Below, piece by piece: positions 37,067-52,047 of a stretch of 64,000 bases of DNA; the first letter of the stretch is position 1; every line of letters starts with the position of its first letter. The notes under the pieces were generated by a model. It had not been told where the DNA came from, made no database searches, and worked only from the letters and a program-made list of their open reading frames with translations. The position numbers and the translations under genes are program-made. Source of the stretch: Eledone cirrhosa. Lineage: Eukaryota. The DNA is taken from positions 20,026,001 to 20,090,000 of the forward strand of contig OZ024746.1 of the NCBI GenBank assembly GCA_964016885.1, given 5' to 3'.

Positions 37067-38991
37067 GGGTTTGGGGCTGGAGGTGAAGCGGAACTTGTAT
37101 TAATTCTCCTAATATACCAATCCATTACCGGTTTGTGTTATTATCTTTGCTATTCAACCCTTTGGATAGAGCAACGTAAATACCAGCCATTTACTGGCGA
37201 GGGTTAGATAAATTAACCCTATCAATTTGGGACCTTATACCAATCTAAGAAATAATTATTTTTGTTATTATAATGGTTGTTGTGTTTGTTATTGTTGTTA
37301 TTCCCGTTATTGTTGTTCTTAGTGTTGTTTCTGATGATTCGTGTCTGCAATACTATGTATATCGGTCAAAACTATTTCACTTCACTGCAGATATGTCATT
37401 AATGCCTGTTTCCCCTTTCAACATTCCTGGTTCCCTTTTAATATCGAAACTTTGTTTAAACGCTAAAGCTTCTTTAATGGATCCTGTGGAACAGGTCAAC
37501 TCTCAAAACTCGATTTACGAACACATGCATACAGTTACAGACAGCTAGATAGATATTCAGAGAGTGACATGGGACGGTTGTTGACAGTGATAGAAGGGAT
37601 GCAACTCATTATAGCACCTTTCCAAAGATCGATATATATCCCTGGAGAGAGAGGGGAAGGGAAGACGAGCTCGTTAGAGAGACCATTCCTGTCCTTGAGT
37701 GGTAGGCCTACTTTGTCGCCCAGTTTAATACTACCATCTGATGCAAGCATATGTATCGGGTATCCGGTCTCAGGATAATTTTCTCCTTTCTTCCCACCAA
37801 TCTCAGAACTCCAGTGGGGGCTGTTCTTCTTTTCTCTGACTTAGCCATTAAAAAAAAAGGAAACGAAAATTGATGCTACTGCTGTTTTTGCATGGATAGT
37901 TTACTTAGAATGAGGAATTAATAGTATTCTGGGTTGTTGTCCGTTCATGCGCAAAGGATACCACTCTCCATTCCTTTCACATGTAATCTAGTCATACAGA
38001 AACATGGAAACCCTCTTCCAATGGAGTAACGCCGATCTTGTTTCCTTTAACAGTACAAATACACAGTTACAGCACTTATCAAGAAAATATTATCGTTGGC
38101 CGTCAACGTGAACAACATGTAGCTAGAGATCTCAGGATCGATCGTTTTAAATGCTAGGCTTCACCATCATTGACAAACACTTATCCTCAACATAAAGACT
38201 GCATCACAAAGATTCGTCTTCTTGTTCAGAGTCACCAAGAAATATTTCAGTGCCATCAACTTTTGACCCTCTGCACAGCTCAAGTGGGGGCCCCAGTTGA
38301 GTACTACTCGCATATCTAAGACGTTGTTGTTGTTGTTGTTGTTGCTACACACACAGAGAATCTAAACCACGCCCCAAAAGAAAGGTCATTCAACTGATTG
38401 TTATGAAGTCTCCTACCAACTCCAAATAATGGCCGGCGCTATAGACGTGCCATTTCTGTTTTTGTCGTTTCTATTGCTACTTCTCCAGCTCTACCAACTC
38501 AATGATCTGGTCATACATATTGTGTCCCAACCCAGCCGCTTCGACCCCCACTTTTCACTATGCCCAAATTCTCCCTCCCTCCTCAGACATAGGTACCCTG
38601 GTATTCCTTCCCTGCAAGACGTGTTTTTTCTTGCAACCTTCCACTTCAAGAGAAACGTTGATGGCATCAATGTCATTGGTCATGAATGGGCTAGAAAGGC
38701 CATCTGCTGGACATCTCTTATAGAGTTTAAAGAAGAAGAAGAAGAAGAAGAAGAAGAAGAAGAAGAAGAAGAAGAAGAAGAAGAAGAAGAAGAAGAAGAA
38801 GAAGAAGAAGAAGAACGACAACGACAAGAACAACAACGACAAGAACAACAACGACAAGAACAACAACAAGAACAACAACAATAACAACGAGAAAGACTTG
38901 TATGAAAAATAACATCAAATTATCAACACAAATATTTATATTAGCTTTTAAAGAGAAATATATATTTGTTTTCAATTCATTTTTTTTTTAA

Positions 38992-39212
38992 ATATAGCTC
39001 ACTATAGTAAGCTATATATTCGATATAGTAGAACATATAGCTCACTATAGTAAGCTATATATTCGATATAGTAGAACATATAGCTCACTATAGTAAGCTA
39101 TATATTCGATATAGTAGAACATATAGCTCACTATAGTAAGCTATATATTCGATATAGTAGAACATATAGCTCACTATAGTAAGCTATATATTCGATATAG
39201 TAGAAGATATAG
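38992..39212. repeat. 43-bp tandem repeat, five copies, with an internal palindrome
   Basis: ATATAGCTCACTATAGTAAGCTATATATTCGATATAGTAGAAC starts at 38992, 39035, 39078, 39121 and 39164. Confidence 0.95.
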
Positions 39213-39354
39213 TGTATGGGAGACTACGTTATTTTTCATTGAACTATCTCCATAAACTAAATAAACTGTGAAAGATTTTTTAACATTGTTCGTAAGATAT
39301 GATTTTGTGTTTCATTAGGACTTACAGAAGCGTAATGATGCTAAATGTAAAAGT

Positions 39355-39780
39355 AATAATACTTTCTAACATAGGCCAGAGATTTGGAGAAGGTGGAAGT
39401 CGATTGTATTGACCTTAGTATTTAACTGGTACTTTATTTTATCGACCCTGGAAGAATGAAATGCAAAGTTGACCTCGGATGGATTTGAACTCAGAACGTA
39501 GAAAGTGGTAAATAAATACCGCAAAACATTTTGTTTGATTGCTCAACCGATTATTCACAATCCACCTCCCTATTAATGGTTTTTTTTATATAGGCACAAG
39601 GCCATCAATTTTGGGGGAGGGGAAAGTCGATTAAATCGACCCCAGTGCGTGACTGGTACTTTATTTTATCGATCCCGTAAGGACGAAAGGCAAAGTTAAC
39701 CTCGATGGCATTTGAACTCAGAACGTAAATAGCCAGAACTCTATACCACAGAGTATGTTGTCCAACGCTCTATTGTCACT
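39355..39780 (-). mobile_element. Two tandem SINE copies
   Basis: Family motifs TTTATCGACCC and GGATTTGAACTCAGAACGTA each occur twice. Confidence 0.8.
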
Positions 39781-40271
39781 ACTTCTCTATTTAGAAACCT
39801 CTAAAAAGAAATGAGCTGGTTAAAAGGCACGATGCCGGATTAAATACTGATAATATTGTATTGAATTTTGATAATTGACATTCTAAGTTTTAATCATTTC
39901 CGACATATTATCACAGTCAACATTGTCTTTTATATTTCAATAAAATAATTTCAATAGTATATTGATTACACTCTACTCTCTATGTATTCCTTTGTTTTGA
40001 CCATATAAATCAATAATTAAAACACATCGCTGCCTAGATTTTTCTAACACTTTCCGTGTGTAGCTTCTACCAGTGAGTGGCGAGAAGGTATGTAACTTGA
40101 AACAACTAAAGGGTCAAAAGTTAAACATGTGATCGCAAACCATAAACTGAGTATCAGTGGTCATGACAAAAGATGTAAAAAACAAAAAAACAGTGGGGGT
40201 AGGGTGCGGAATAGAGTTGGGTGGAGAAGAAGAAGAAGAAGAAGAAGAAGAAGAAGAAGAAGAAGAAGAAG

Positions 40272-40329
<58 letters not shown>

Positions 40330-40473
40330 ACGACGACGACAACAACAACAACAAACGACAGTAACAGCAATAACAACAACGATAACAACAACAACAACAA
40401 CAACGACAACGACAACAACAACAACAATAACAACAACAACGACAGTAACAGCAATAACAACAACGATAACAAC

Positions 40474-40505
<32 letters not shown>

Positions 40506-40924
40506 TAACGACAACAACGACAGCAACAGCAATAACAAAGGAAAGAAAAAAGGGGAAAGAGAAATATTAAAGGAAATATAAAGACTAGTTGCGTAATCAA
40601 TAATTCAAGATACCCGTCAATCAATATTTATAATATGTTTATATGGTCGACAGAGTATATTGTAACCTATTTGTGTTATCAACAAAATTGCTTGATTTTG
40701 TTTTCCATAATGGAATGGTTAACCCCCAATTTTCATCAAGCTACAAACCCATTGTAGGATTTTAGCGCAACATTCCAAGAACAGTACCTACTTTTTAGCT
40801 AATTGAACTGGGACATTGAGAATTTAGTGTGGTGACCTTATGGTAGCCCAAAACCACTGAGGCAGGAAGATATGAACCAGTGGTCCTGCTCGTTGGTATA
40901 CCAATATCGTATTTAAACAATTGG

Positions 40925-41298
40925 TTGAGTTTAAATCCCACCGAGGTTAGCTTTGCCTTTTATCCTTACTGAGGTCGATAAAATGAAGTACCAGTAACGC
41001 ACTGGGGGGGGGGGGGGAATTTAATCCCCCCCCTCCAAAAAAAAAAGAATTGTTAGCCTTGTGCCTAAATCAAAAACCATTATTATGATTGGCAGTATCA
41101 GTGGAGCGTTGGACAACATCATTTGCGGCATATAGTTACGGCCCTTTACGTTCTGTGTTCAAATCCCGCCGATGTTAACTTTGCCTTTCATCCTTACGTG
41201 ATATATAAAATAAAGTACCAGTAACACACTGGTTTCGATTTAATCAACTTTTCCCCTCCCCTAAAATTATTGACCTTGTGCCTAAATCAGAAACCGTA
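40925..41298 (+). mobile_element. Two tandem SINE copies
   Basis: TTTGCCTTT(T/C)ATCCTTAC...AAGTACCAGTAAC...CTTGTGCCTAAATC occurs twice. Confidence 0.8.
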
Positions 41299-41490
41299 TT
41301 TTAAACTATGATTCAGAGCACACAACAACAAAAAAGAAGAAAAAAACAAAAAAAATAGAATTATTTGTTGATAGATTGTGTCCGTGCGAGAAAGTGGTTA
41401 AATATGATTGTAGGCTATTGTTAGTTAATACATCAATAATTGGCACTGGTTAGCGAAATATTAAATATTTAAAAGTAGTAGAATACTTAC

Positions 41491-41685
41491 CCGCACGATA
41501 TCTGTTGGATGACTAGCCAGGGATGCACAACCAGCAAAAACAAACAGGAATGTAGCTAAGAATTCAGCAAACGTTGCTCGCCACAAGTCCCAACTGAAGA
41601 TTTCTTCTCGAATGGAACCATAAGTCTTGGCAGATTTCCGTACATTATCAAGTTTGTTTGCTATATGGATATACAAAGCTTCCAT
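41491..41685 (-). CDS. AQP: Aquaporin (AQP4/Drip-like MIP channel), coding exon 1
   Basis: ATG at 41685. Encodes MEALYIH...EEIFSWDLWRATFAEFLATFLFVFAGCASLASHPTDIVR, containing the MIP TM1 motif AEFLAT. GTAAGT donor follows immediately (plus-strand acttac 41485-41490). 195 nt, phase 0. Confidence 0.9.
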
Positions 41686-41700
41686 TGTTCACTTTTCTTG

Positions 41701-41737
<37 letters not shown>

Positions 41738-42179
41738 CAACTGATTTATTTATATAATAAATATAAAGCTTCTCGATATTCTGTAGATTACAAAATAACA
41801 GCGAGAAACAGACGGGAATAGAAGGGATTTTTCTCTTTTACTGTGAAGAAGTTTTCAGTAGTGGTAAGTATATTAAAAATTGAAGTAATCACGCAAATAT
41901 ATTTTATCTCCTGTCTGTATTTACACCTTTATCTCCGATCCTTATTGTGAGGGTGGGGGGAATGAAGTTATCTAAAATAAGATCGAAAAAAAAGAAACTT
42001 ATTCGTAAATTTCATTCAAGGATTTTTTTTTTTTTTTTTCGTTCTTCTGACTCTGACAACTTTCGTTCAGTGTGTGTGTGTATGTGTGTGCGTACATATA
42101 TATATATGTGTGTGTGTGTGCGTGTACGCGCGCGCGTGTGTGTGTGTGAATGCGCGTATGTCAAGCAGCAAGCTAAGTA

Positions 42180-42430
42180 AAGCTAGTTTCAGTGATCACA
42201 AGTGGAACGGTGTCTATTGGGCCGTGGAGACCGAACCGGCACAACTGTCTTTCGGTAGCAACAGTCTTACAACTGCAATAAAACTCTGCACAAGACAATT
42301 CAATTCCGTACAAAGCGATTTCGCGTGTCACGTGATGTGAGTAAGGCGGGTCAAAAGACATAGTAAGTAAAAACACCACCCCGTCCGCATCCACCCCCTC
42401 CACTTATTAGCCAACCAGAATGTCGAGCGG
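42180..42430 (-). promoter_or_regulatory. Candidate aquaporin proximal promoter
   Basis: Non-repetitive, CpG-enriched stretch 0.5-0.75 kb upstream of the ATG. Contains the E-box GTCACGTGAT (42327-42336) and a GC-box-like GGCGGG. Based on position and motifs only. Confidence 0.3.
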
Positions 42431-42646
42431 CATTTAAGCATTTAGATTTGTGAGTCAATTTCTGCTGAACACTATTACACTAATGTTAATTTGTGCGGTG
42501 GTGTGGCGTATATACACATACACATATATAAATATACACACCGGATTTCATTGTAACAACAGCAGGCGGTGATAACTAAAGAGGGAAAAAACAAAAACAA
42601 CAAAAACAGCATAGTGCTTATACGACAACAATTGTTACTACTTACT

Positions 42647-42697
<51 letters not shown>

Positions 42698-42725
42698 TAT
42701 ATATACACATATTTATATACACATA

Positions 42726-42799
<74 letters not shown>

Positions 42800-42851
42800 T
42801 ATATGTGTATATATATATATATATGTGTGTGTGTGTATATATATATATATA

Positions 42852-43025
<174 letters not shown>

Positions 43026-43055
43026 CATACATACATACATACATACATACATACA

Positions 43056-43090
<35 letters not shown>

Positions 43091-43117
43091 GCTATATATA
43101 TATATGTATATATATAT

Positions 43118-43148
<31 letters not shown>

Positions 43149-43512
43149 CATACATATATATATATACACTACTAACATTACTATCAAAGAAACACGGTAA
43201 ACTTGTGCGGCTACATTTATATGAGCAAAAGCATGCTTAGTTTGTTTATAACAATTGATGTACGGGGAAACTTTTCCCCCTGCTATTGTTTAAACCTGTA
43301 TATGAGTATATGAGAATCTTATGTGAATGAATGTCATGTCATTTTAGAAATATATTATTTTATGTTCACTGCTGCTGTACAAGTGAGTGCGGCAGACTTG
43401 CTACTATTGTGTATGGTTATTTACTGTGCTTTGAAAATATAATCATTTAGAAACTTTCATACATTTAGAAACTTTCATTTTCTTACACCATTCTCATCTC
43501 TTTATGTATAAG

Positions 43513-43597
<85 letters not shown>

Positions 43598-43675
43598 TAT
43601 ATATATATAAATAAATATGGTTTTATAAATATAGTTTACATTTGTTAATATATTGTATATATATATATATATATG

Positions 43676-43764
<89 letters not shown>

Positions 43765-43776
43765 TATATATATATA

Positions 43777-44600
43777 AAAAAATACTTGGCAGCAATATAA
43801 CTGTTAAATAATTTAAATTACTGAAGAAGGAGGAAAGAAAAGAAATGCATGGAGGAAGAAACAGATGAGGGGATAATATAGTTAGTAGGAGCCTAGAAAA
43901 CAAAGGAGAGTTGATTACAGAGAGAGAGATAAAGAGGAATAACTTATATAATGTAATAATTGTTTCTACTTTTGGCACAAGGCCAGCAATTACCCAGTGC
44001 ATTACTGGTACTTTATTTTATCGACCCCATAAGGATGAAAGGCAAAGATAGTGTAATAATAAAGGGAGATATTAAGACAACATTTGGGCTTAGCTTTAGG
44101 AAAAAGGAAAAAGGCTCCTACTAACTATATTATCCCCTCATCTGTTTCTTCCTCCATGCATTTCTTTTCTTTCCTCCTTCTTCAGTAAGTTAAATTATTT
44201 AACAGTTATATTGCTGCCAAGTATTTTTTAAGCTTTCTCACACGCACCCTCTCTATTGTATGTATTATATGGTTTTCTCATGTTTTCAATATTAAGGTAT
44301 ATAAATATTGAGTTTTGTCATATCTTACTCACTACCATGACTGAATCTTAACCATCTACTATGTCAGGGTGTGTTATGCATCATCTTATTTTATCTGATG
44401 AGGATGTACTGTTGAAGTTAACTCAGTACCTCTGAAATATGTATAATAAAATATACTTGATCACAAGAATACCTATTTTGTTAATATTTTGAATTAATAT
44501 TAATAACTCAGGAAAACCATTTTTGTTGAGTGCTTCCAATCTATTGTAAAACTCATTCTTTGATTTATTCATTGAACTTTGTTTAACCTTTAAATATATA
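43777..44600. mobile_element. Hammerhead-carrying element with a 118-bp inverted duplication between (TA)n tracts (family G); a SINE fragment is inserted at 43957-44047
   Basis: Arms 43777-43894 and 44112-44229. Confidence 0.75.
44387..44453 (+). ncRNA. Type I hammerhead ribozyme motif
   Basis: TATTTTAT-CTGATGA-GGATGTACTG..CAGTACCTCT-GAAA-TATGTA-TA-ATAAAATA. Perfect 8-bp stem I, predicted cleavage after 44445. Confidence 0.85.
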
Positions 44601-45383
44601 TATATATATTACAAGTTAAACTTATTTCTGGAATGTTTTACACATTTTTACATTCACCTTGACTTGTAATTGTAATATCTTAATTATCCGTGTCTTTTGT
44701 GGCTTTGTAAAACTCAACTTCTCAGGGCTGGTGGTGGGGCAGTAACATAGCCAAGTGCTCTCAGAATGACAGCTATAAATCTACTAACATCGAATGGAGA
44801 GTCGACAGAGACCTAGATGGGTTTGTTTGGTTTTTTTTACATATATTTTAATCTGTAGTATTATCTTAATGTCTGTTGGACAACAGAGTTTTACTTCTGT
44901 ATAGATCATTATGGCTGGTCTGTTGAGCCTATATTCAGAGCTGAATTTATACATAAACTAAATAACCTAAAGCTTTAAGCCACACATCCTCGGGCGACTC
45001 ATTTTAAATATATAAATCACTTAATTAGTTAAAAGGAACATTTTGTAACTAATTTAATTTTGTAATCATTAATAAATAATAATCATGAATATTTATAGAA
45101 CATCTTTTTTTAGAGAAGGGCCTCAAATTTCATATAACTTAGGGCCTCAACAGGTGAAAACCCTCTTTTGCTTATATTATACAAAGCTTTTAACTGGAAC
45201 ACTCGTCCACTATTCTTTCATATTAAGGTTGAGTAAACTCTGCACATTGTTGTAACACATTACCGCTATACTTTCTATGGAATGTATCGTATACGGCTTT
45301 AATCACTATATCATGCTCGATAGGAGGTAGATAATATCAGTATAACATTTTTGTACAGCTGCTTAATATGTGTTACAGCTATG

Positions 45384-45504
<121 letters not shown>

Positions 45505-45592
45505 CACGCACGCGCACCCCCACACGCACCCGCACCCATACACCCCCCCACACCCCCACACACACACGCACACAGCTATTTATAATGGAGTA

Positions 45593-45652
<60 letters not shown>

Positions 45653-45719
45653 GTGTGCGTGTGTGTAACTATTGGGAAGTGGGTGATTTATCTGGTATAA
45701 GTTTATATATACCTATGGT

Positions 45720-46203
45720 CATGAATCTTGGACAATGACCGAAAGAATATGATTGCGAATACAAAGCGACCGAAGTGGGGGTTCCTCCGAAGGGTCTTTG
45801 GAGCAACGTTACTAAATAGAGTGCGTAGCTCGGGGGGCCAGAGAGTCACTCCAGGTAGAGCCGCTACTTCTCCGAATTGAGAGATCACATCTCCGGTGCA
45901 ATGAGTATGTGGTTAGAATCGGTGGTCAGATTTTACGGGCAAAAACCAACCGGTTGGAGACCCTGGGCAAGATATCAACCATGAGCTTTGTTGGTCTCGC
46001 TTGAAGATCCAACCGGGTCAACTGGGGACGGTTGCTTCTGGCGGGAGCTACTGGAAGGAGTGTTTCATACTCTGTCCTCACGACCGTCTCGGGAAGAAGA
46101 AGAAGACGAAGAAGAAGAAGAAGAAGAAGAAGAAGAAGAAGAAGAAGAAGAAGAAGAAGAAGAAGAAGAAGAAGAAGAAGAAGAAGGAGGAGGAGGAGGA
46201 GGA
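45720..46203 (+). mobile_element. RTE-clade LINE 3' end with (GAA)n tail
   Basis: Homologous to 59490-59990. Confidence 0.75.
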
Positions 46204-46375
46204 GTTTATATATAAAAGAATTGTCATTGGCAATACATTATATACATTGGTATATATACATACACTCACATATGTACGTATGTATGTATGTATGTATGTA
46301 TGTATGTATGTATGTATGTATGTATGTATGTATGTATGTATGTATGTATGTATGTATGTATGTGTGTATGTGTGT

Positions 46376-46935
46376 ATCTTGCTCAGAACATTGACCTCCT
46401 GGAAACTGTTCAGAGACGTGCAACCAAGCATACCCCCAATCAGAGACCTACCATACTCTGAACGCCTTGCTTCCCTGGGCATGGATTCACTGAAGCTCCG
46501 ACGTCTGGCAATGGACTTGGTGAATACCCACAAAATTTTTAACCATCTCACCAATTGCAACCCTGAGCGCCTCTTTGATCTCCATGTGTCTAACACACGT
46601 GGACATGCCTATAAGATCAGAAAACAGCACAGCTCCCATGACTTTCGTAGACATTTTTTCACGTTCAGAGTTGCTGAAGCATGGAACAAACTGCCTGCAT
46701 CAGTTGTTAGCTGCCGAGACACTGCATCCTTTAAAACCCTAATGCTTTCCGAAATTCCTCAAAACTACACCTGATGTCCCCCTTCCATACACATGCACAC
46801 GTGTATATCATGACTCATGCACTGTTCATTTTCATTTTCCTGACGTTTGTACATTACTCTATGTACTATACATACACTTTTGATGAGTTGTAGTGCACCT
46901 GAGCACTGTACACAATATTTTCATTATTATTATCA
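46376..46935 (+). mobile_element. CR1-clade LINE 3' end
   Basis: Encodes LPYSERLASLGMDSLKLRRLAMDL...NTRGHAYKI...RRHFFTFRVAEAWNKLP, the CR1 C-terminal motifs. The 3' UTR ends in (ATT)n. Confidence 0.9.
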
Positions 46936-47104
46936 TATATATGTGTGTGTGTTTATATATACATTTATACATATGTATATGATATATGTATATATATACA
47001 TATACGTATATATATACATATACGTATATACATACATATATATATATATGTATATATATATATGTGCGTGTGTGTGTCTGTATGTATGTATATAAGTATA
47101 TATC

Positions 47105-47172
<68 letters not shown>

Positions 47173-47237
47173 ATACCCATGTATAAATGTATATATATAT
47201 ACAAACATATATACTAATATATATGCACATACATATG

Positions 47238-47333
<96 letters not shown>

Positions 47334-47696
47334 CCTATGTACGTATGTATGCCTGTACGTAGTACGTATATAAGCATGTATGTATATATGCATAAATGTA
47401 TTTATGTATATATGTATGTATGTAATTATAAGATTTAGTTATTTAAAGTTTCTCCCAGAGAAACATTTGATTTATATTTGTATTAAATCTCAGAGATATT
47501 TCATAGTAAGAATGCAATCCATTGTTTCAAAAACAAGTATTCTTAACTCTTTCACAGACTATTTCATTTTGTTAAATGACGCCGCAAACGATGCATTTAT
47601 TCATACATATGGTTTTCGCTAATATAATCCGGTTTTCACATGAAAATCTACACAATTTCTGTACATGTGAGGTGAGTAAATTATTGCTAAGTACAA

Positions 47697-47755
<59 letters not shown>

Positions 47756-47832
47756 CACACACACACACTCTCTCTCTCTCTCTCCTCTTTTTCTCTCCCT
47801 CTCTCGCCCACTCTCTCCCTCTCTGTCTCTCC

Positions 47833-47934
<102 letters not shown>

Positions 47935-48634
47935 GAGTGAGAGAGAGTGAGAGAAAGTGAGAGGGGGCAAGAGAGAAAGCAGACACGTTGTAAATATATG
48001 CATACACATAAACTCACACACACTCACTCACACACACACACACACACGCACACGCACACACACACACACACACTACACACACACACACACACACACACAT
48101 ATAGGTTTAGATTATTTATATATGCATCGGTATATTTTTTATATATTTATGTATGTATACGTTTGTTCAAGTGTACCCTGTATATTATATATATAGATGC
48201 AAACCAACCTGGATGTACAGACTGACATATTAACACAGAAACACATCAGGAAACCCACCGCAGCAACTCCTCTGCTATATTTACAAACTCAAGCCTCGAA
48301 AACCTTTCAAAATTAGTCCCTTAATTTTACCATACTCCTCCGTCTTCCTCACTCTGCAGCCATTGATGCACTGGGTCTAAAAATATTGGTTGCCAGGAAG
48401 AGACACAGGGACACACACAACTACAATATTATCATTTAATTTTTATATCTAATAAATCATTTTGTTTTTTAATCTACTCTATTTCTGTGTATGCCATTCA
48501 CTGTAAAAGTGAAAATAATCATTATAGAATGTATTGAAAACTTCTGACCTTCTTCAATAGAAAAGATCTTGTGAAATATACACACCCACAAAATAGTAAT
48601 TATGAGCTTCGGTTTTCACACTCAATATATATAT

Positions 48635-48709
<75 letters not shown>

Positions 48710-48755
48710 ATATGTGTGTGTGTGTGTGCTGTGTGTGTGTGTGCTGTGTGTGTGT

Positions 48756-48792
<37 letters not shown>

Positions 48793-48816
48793 TGTGTGTA
48801 CAAGATGATGATGACT

Positions 48817-50533
48817 GCTATAGCCAGACACAACGCTAGAGCTTCCAAGGGGAGTGGGACTTCAGCACAGCAAAGCCAAAGGAAGCTATAGCCACATACC
48901 CACAGCTAGAGCTTCCAAGGGGGAGCAGGACTTCAGCACAGCAAAGCCAAATGAAGCTATAGCCACATACCCACAGCTAGAGCTTCCAAGGGGAGCAGGA
49001 CTTCAGCACAGCAAAGCCAAATGAAGCTATAGCCACATACCCACAGCTAGAGCTTCCAAGGTGAGCAGGACTTCAGCACAGCAAAGCCAAATGAAGCTAT
49101 AGCCACATACCCACAGCTAGAGCTTCCAAGGTGAGCAGGACTTCAGCACAGCAAAGCCAAATGAAGCTATAGCCACATACCCACAGCTAGAGCTTCCAAG
49201 GGGAGCGGGACTTCAGCACAGCAAAGCCAAAGGGAGCTATAGCCACATACCCACAGCTAGAGCTTCCAAGGGGAGCGGGACTTCAGCACAGCAAAGCTAA
49301 AGGGAGCTATAGCCACATACCCACAGCTAGAGCTTCCAAGGGGAGCGGGACTTCAGCACAGCAAAGCCAAATGAAGCTATAGCCACATGCCCACAGCTAG
49401 AGCTTCCAAGGTGAGCAGGACTTCAGCACAGCAAAGCCAAAGGGAGCTATAGCCACATACCCACAGCTAGAGCTTCCAAGGTGAGCAGGACTTCAGCACA
49501 GCAAAGCCAAAGGGAGCTATAGCCACATACCCACAGCTAGAGCTTCCAAGGGGAGCGGGACTTCAGCACAGCAAAGCCAAAGGAAGCTATAGCCACATAT
49601 CCACAGCTAGAGCTTCCAAGGGGAGCGGGACTTCAGCACAGCAAAGCCAAATGAAGCTATAGCCACATACCCACAGCTAGAGCTTCCAAGGTGAGCGGGA
49701 CTTCAGCACAGCAAAGCCAAAGGAAGCTATAGCCACATATCCACAGCTAGAGCTTCCAAGGGGAGCGGGACTTCAGCACAGCAAAGCCAAAGGAAGCTAT
49801 AGCCACATACCCACAGCTAGAGCTTCCAAGGTGAGCGGGACTTCAGCACAGCAAAGCCAAAGGAAGCTATAGCCACATATCCACAGCTAGAGCTTCCAAG
49901 GGGAGCGGGACTTCAGCACAGCAAAGCCAAATGAAGCTATAGCCACATACCCACAGCTAGAGCTTCCAAGGTGAGCGGGACTTCAGCACAGCAAAGCCAA
50001 AGGAAGCTATAGCCACATATCCACAGCTAGAGCTTCCAAGGGGAGCGGGACTTCAGCACAGCAAAGCCAAAGGGAGCTATAGCCACATATCCACAGCTAG
50101 AGCTTCCAAGGTGAGTGGGACTTCAACACAGCAAAGCCAAAGGAAGCTATAGCCACATACCCACAGCTAGAGCTTCCAAGGGGAGCGGGACTTCAGCACA
50201 GCAAAGCCAAAGGAAGCTATAGCCACATACCCACAGCTAGAGCTTCCAAGGTGAGCAGGACTTCAGCACAGCAAAGCCAAAGGGAGCTATAGCCACATAC
50301 CCACAGCTAGAGCTTCCAAGGGGAGCGGGACTTCAGCACAGCAAAGCCAAAGGAAGCTATAGCCACCATATCCACAGCTAGAGCTTCCAAGGTGAGTGGG
50401 ACTTCAGCACAGCAAAGCCAAAGGGAGCTATAGCCACATACCCACAGCTAGAGCTTCCAAGGTGAGGTGGGACTTCAGCACAAGCAAAGCCAAAGGGAGC
50501 TATAGCTAGAGATTCCAAAGCGAGAGGGACTTC
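48817..50533. repeat. Homogeneous 70-bp tandem array, about 24 copies
   Basis: Unit AGCCACATACCCACAGCTAGAGCTTCCAAGG(G/T)GAGC(A/G)GGACTTCAGCACAGCAAAGCCAAA(G/T)G(A/G)AGCTAT. Confidence 0.97.
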
Positions 50534-50800
50534 TTCTACATTATACCTTTCTTTAGTTGGCAAAACGAGAAACGAAAAAAAAAAAAACCCCCTCTCTTCT
50601 TGGCGCGAGCAGATGTAACTCTGAACAGCAGTTAGAATTAGAAGTTATACAACCAGTGAGTGTACCACTCAACCAACGAGACTCTTCGGTTCCATCAACC
50701 TTTTTAAAGTTATATAGTAAATAGTAATCTTACGTATGGTTTTGCTTAAATAGTTGACATTGTGGATACACGGTTCGATCATTCTATCAATTATCAAAAA

Positions 50801-51110
<310 letters not shown>

Positions 51111-51174
51111 ACATGAATACACAGATATTCATAGATACGCTCGTGAGTGTTGTACAACTATAGCCGAATATATA

Positions 51175-51263
<89 letters not shown>

Positions 51264-51847
51264 ACTCCTTCCCCCTTTGAATTTCAGCCTTACTTGAAAC
51301 TGGAAGCCAGTTTTCTTGAAAACCTCTCGAAATTTGACAATATCACTTTTAGTAACTAGAAGAAAATCAAAATATATACCTATCTATAGGTATATACCAA
51401 AATATATATCAAAATATATACACATAATATAGCGAACATTTTGTTAATAGATAATCGAAATACAATGGCTAAGGTAAATAAGCATAGGTTTAATAAAGGA
51501 AACACTGAAAAATGTATCACTCCCGCCATATCCTCTCAGCATCACATTGCATAACATCACTTAATAGATCCTACAGTTGTAATTTTGGTCGAGTCTCCAT
51601 ATCATCCTTCCAGGGTTGACAAAACCGGTTTTTTTAATCGCATGTTCTAAACTTTATCTTAGAAACCTTTATCGTCTTACCTGCTTTATGGATGTCTTGA
51701 AACACGTCAACAGTGTATGTATCATGCTCCTCCATGGCGTTAATAGGGATTGATCAAGGAGAAATTCTGAGGAGCAGGATCGTCATTCAAAGCACTCTCT
51801 AGTGTTTAGTTATGCCTATACATGACAGTAATGGCGGCGAATTGGCA

Positions 51848-52047
51848 NNNNNNNNNNNNNNNNNNNNNNNNNNNNNNNNNNNNNNNNNNNNNNNNNNNNN
51901 NNNNNNNNNNNNNNNNNNNNNNNNNNNNNNNNNNNNNNNNNNNNNNNNNNNNNNNNNNNNNNNNNNNNNNNNNNNNNNNNNNNNNNNNNNNNNNNNNNNN
52001 NNNNNNNNNNNNNNNNNNNNNNNNNNNNNNNNNNNNNNNNNNNNNNN
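51848..52047. other. Assembly gap (200 N)
   Basis: Run of exactly 200 N, preceded by a SINE 5' start (GGCGGCGAATTGGCA). Confidence 0.99.

Noticed and set aside
37273-38352. Short ORFs in a non-repetitive intronic stretch as possible extra exons
   Set aside because: No recognisable domain, and exons 1 and 2 already join in frame with normal MIP spacing.
38998-39007. CTCACTATAG resembling the end of the T7 promoter (vector contamination)
   Set aside because: Only a 10-nt match inside a native palindromic repeat, and the TAATACGA part is absent.
48817-50533. CRISPR-like appearance of the regular arrays (also 13891-15060 and 38992-39212)
   Set aside because: No unique spacers, no cas genes, and a eukaryotic context.
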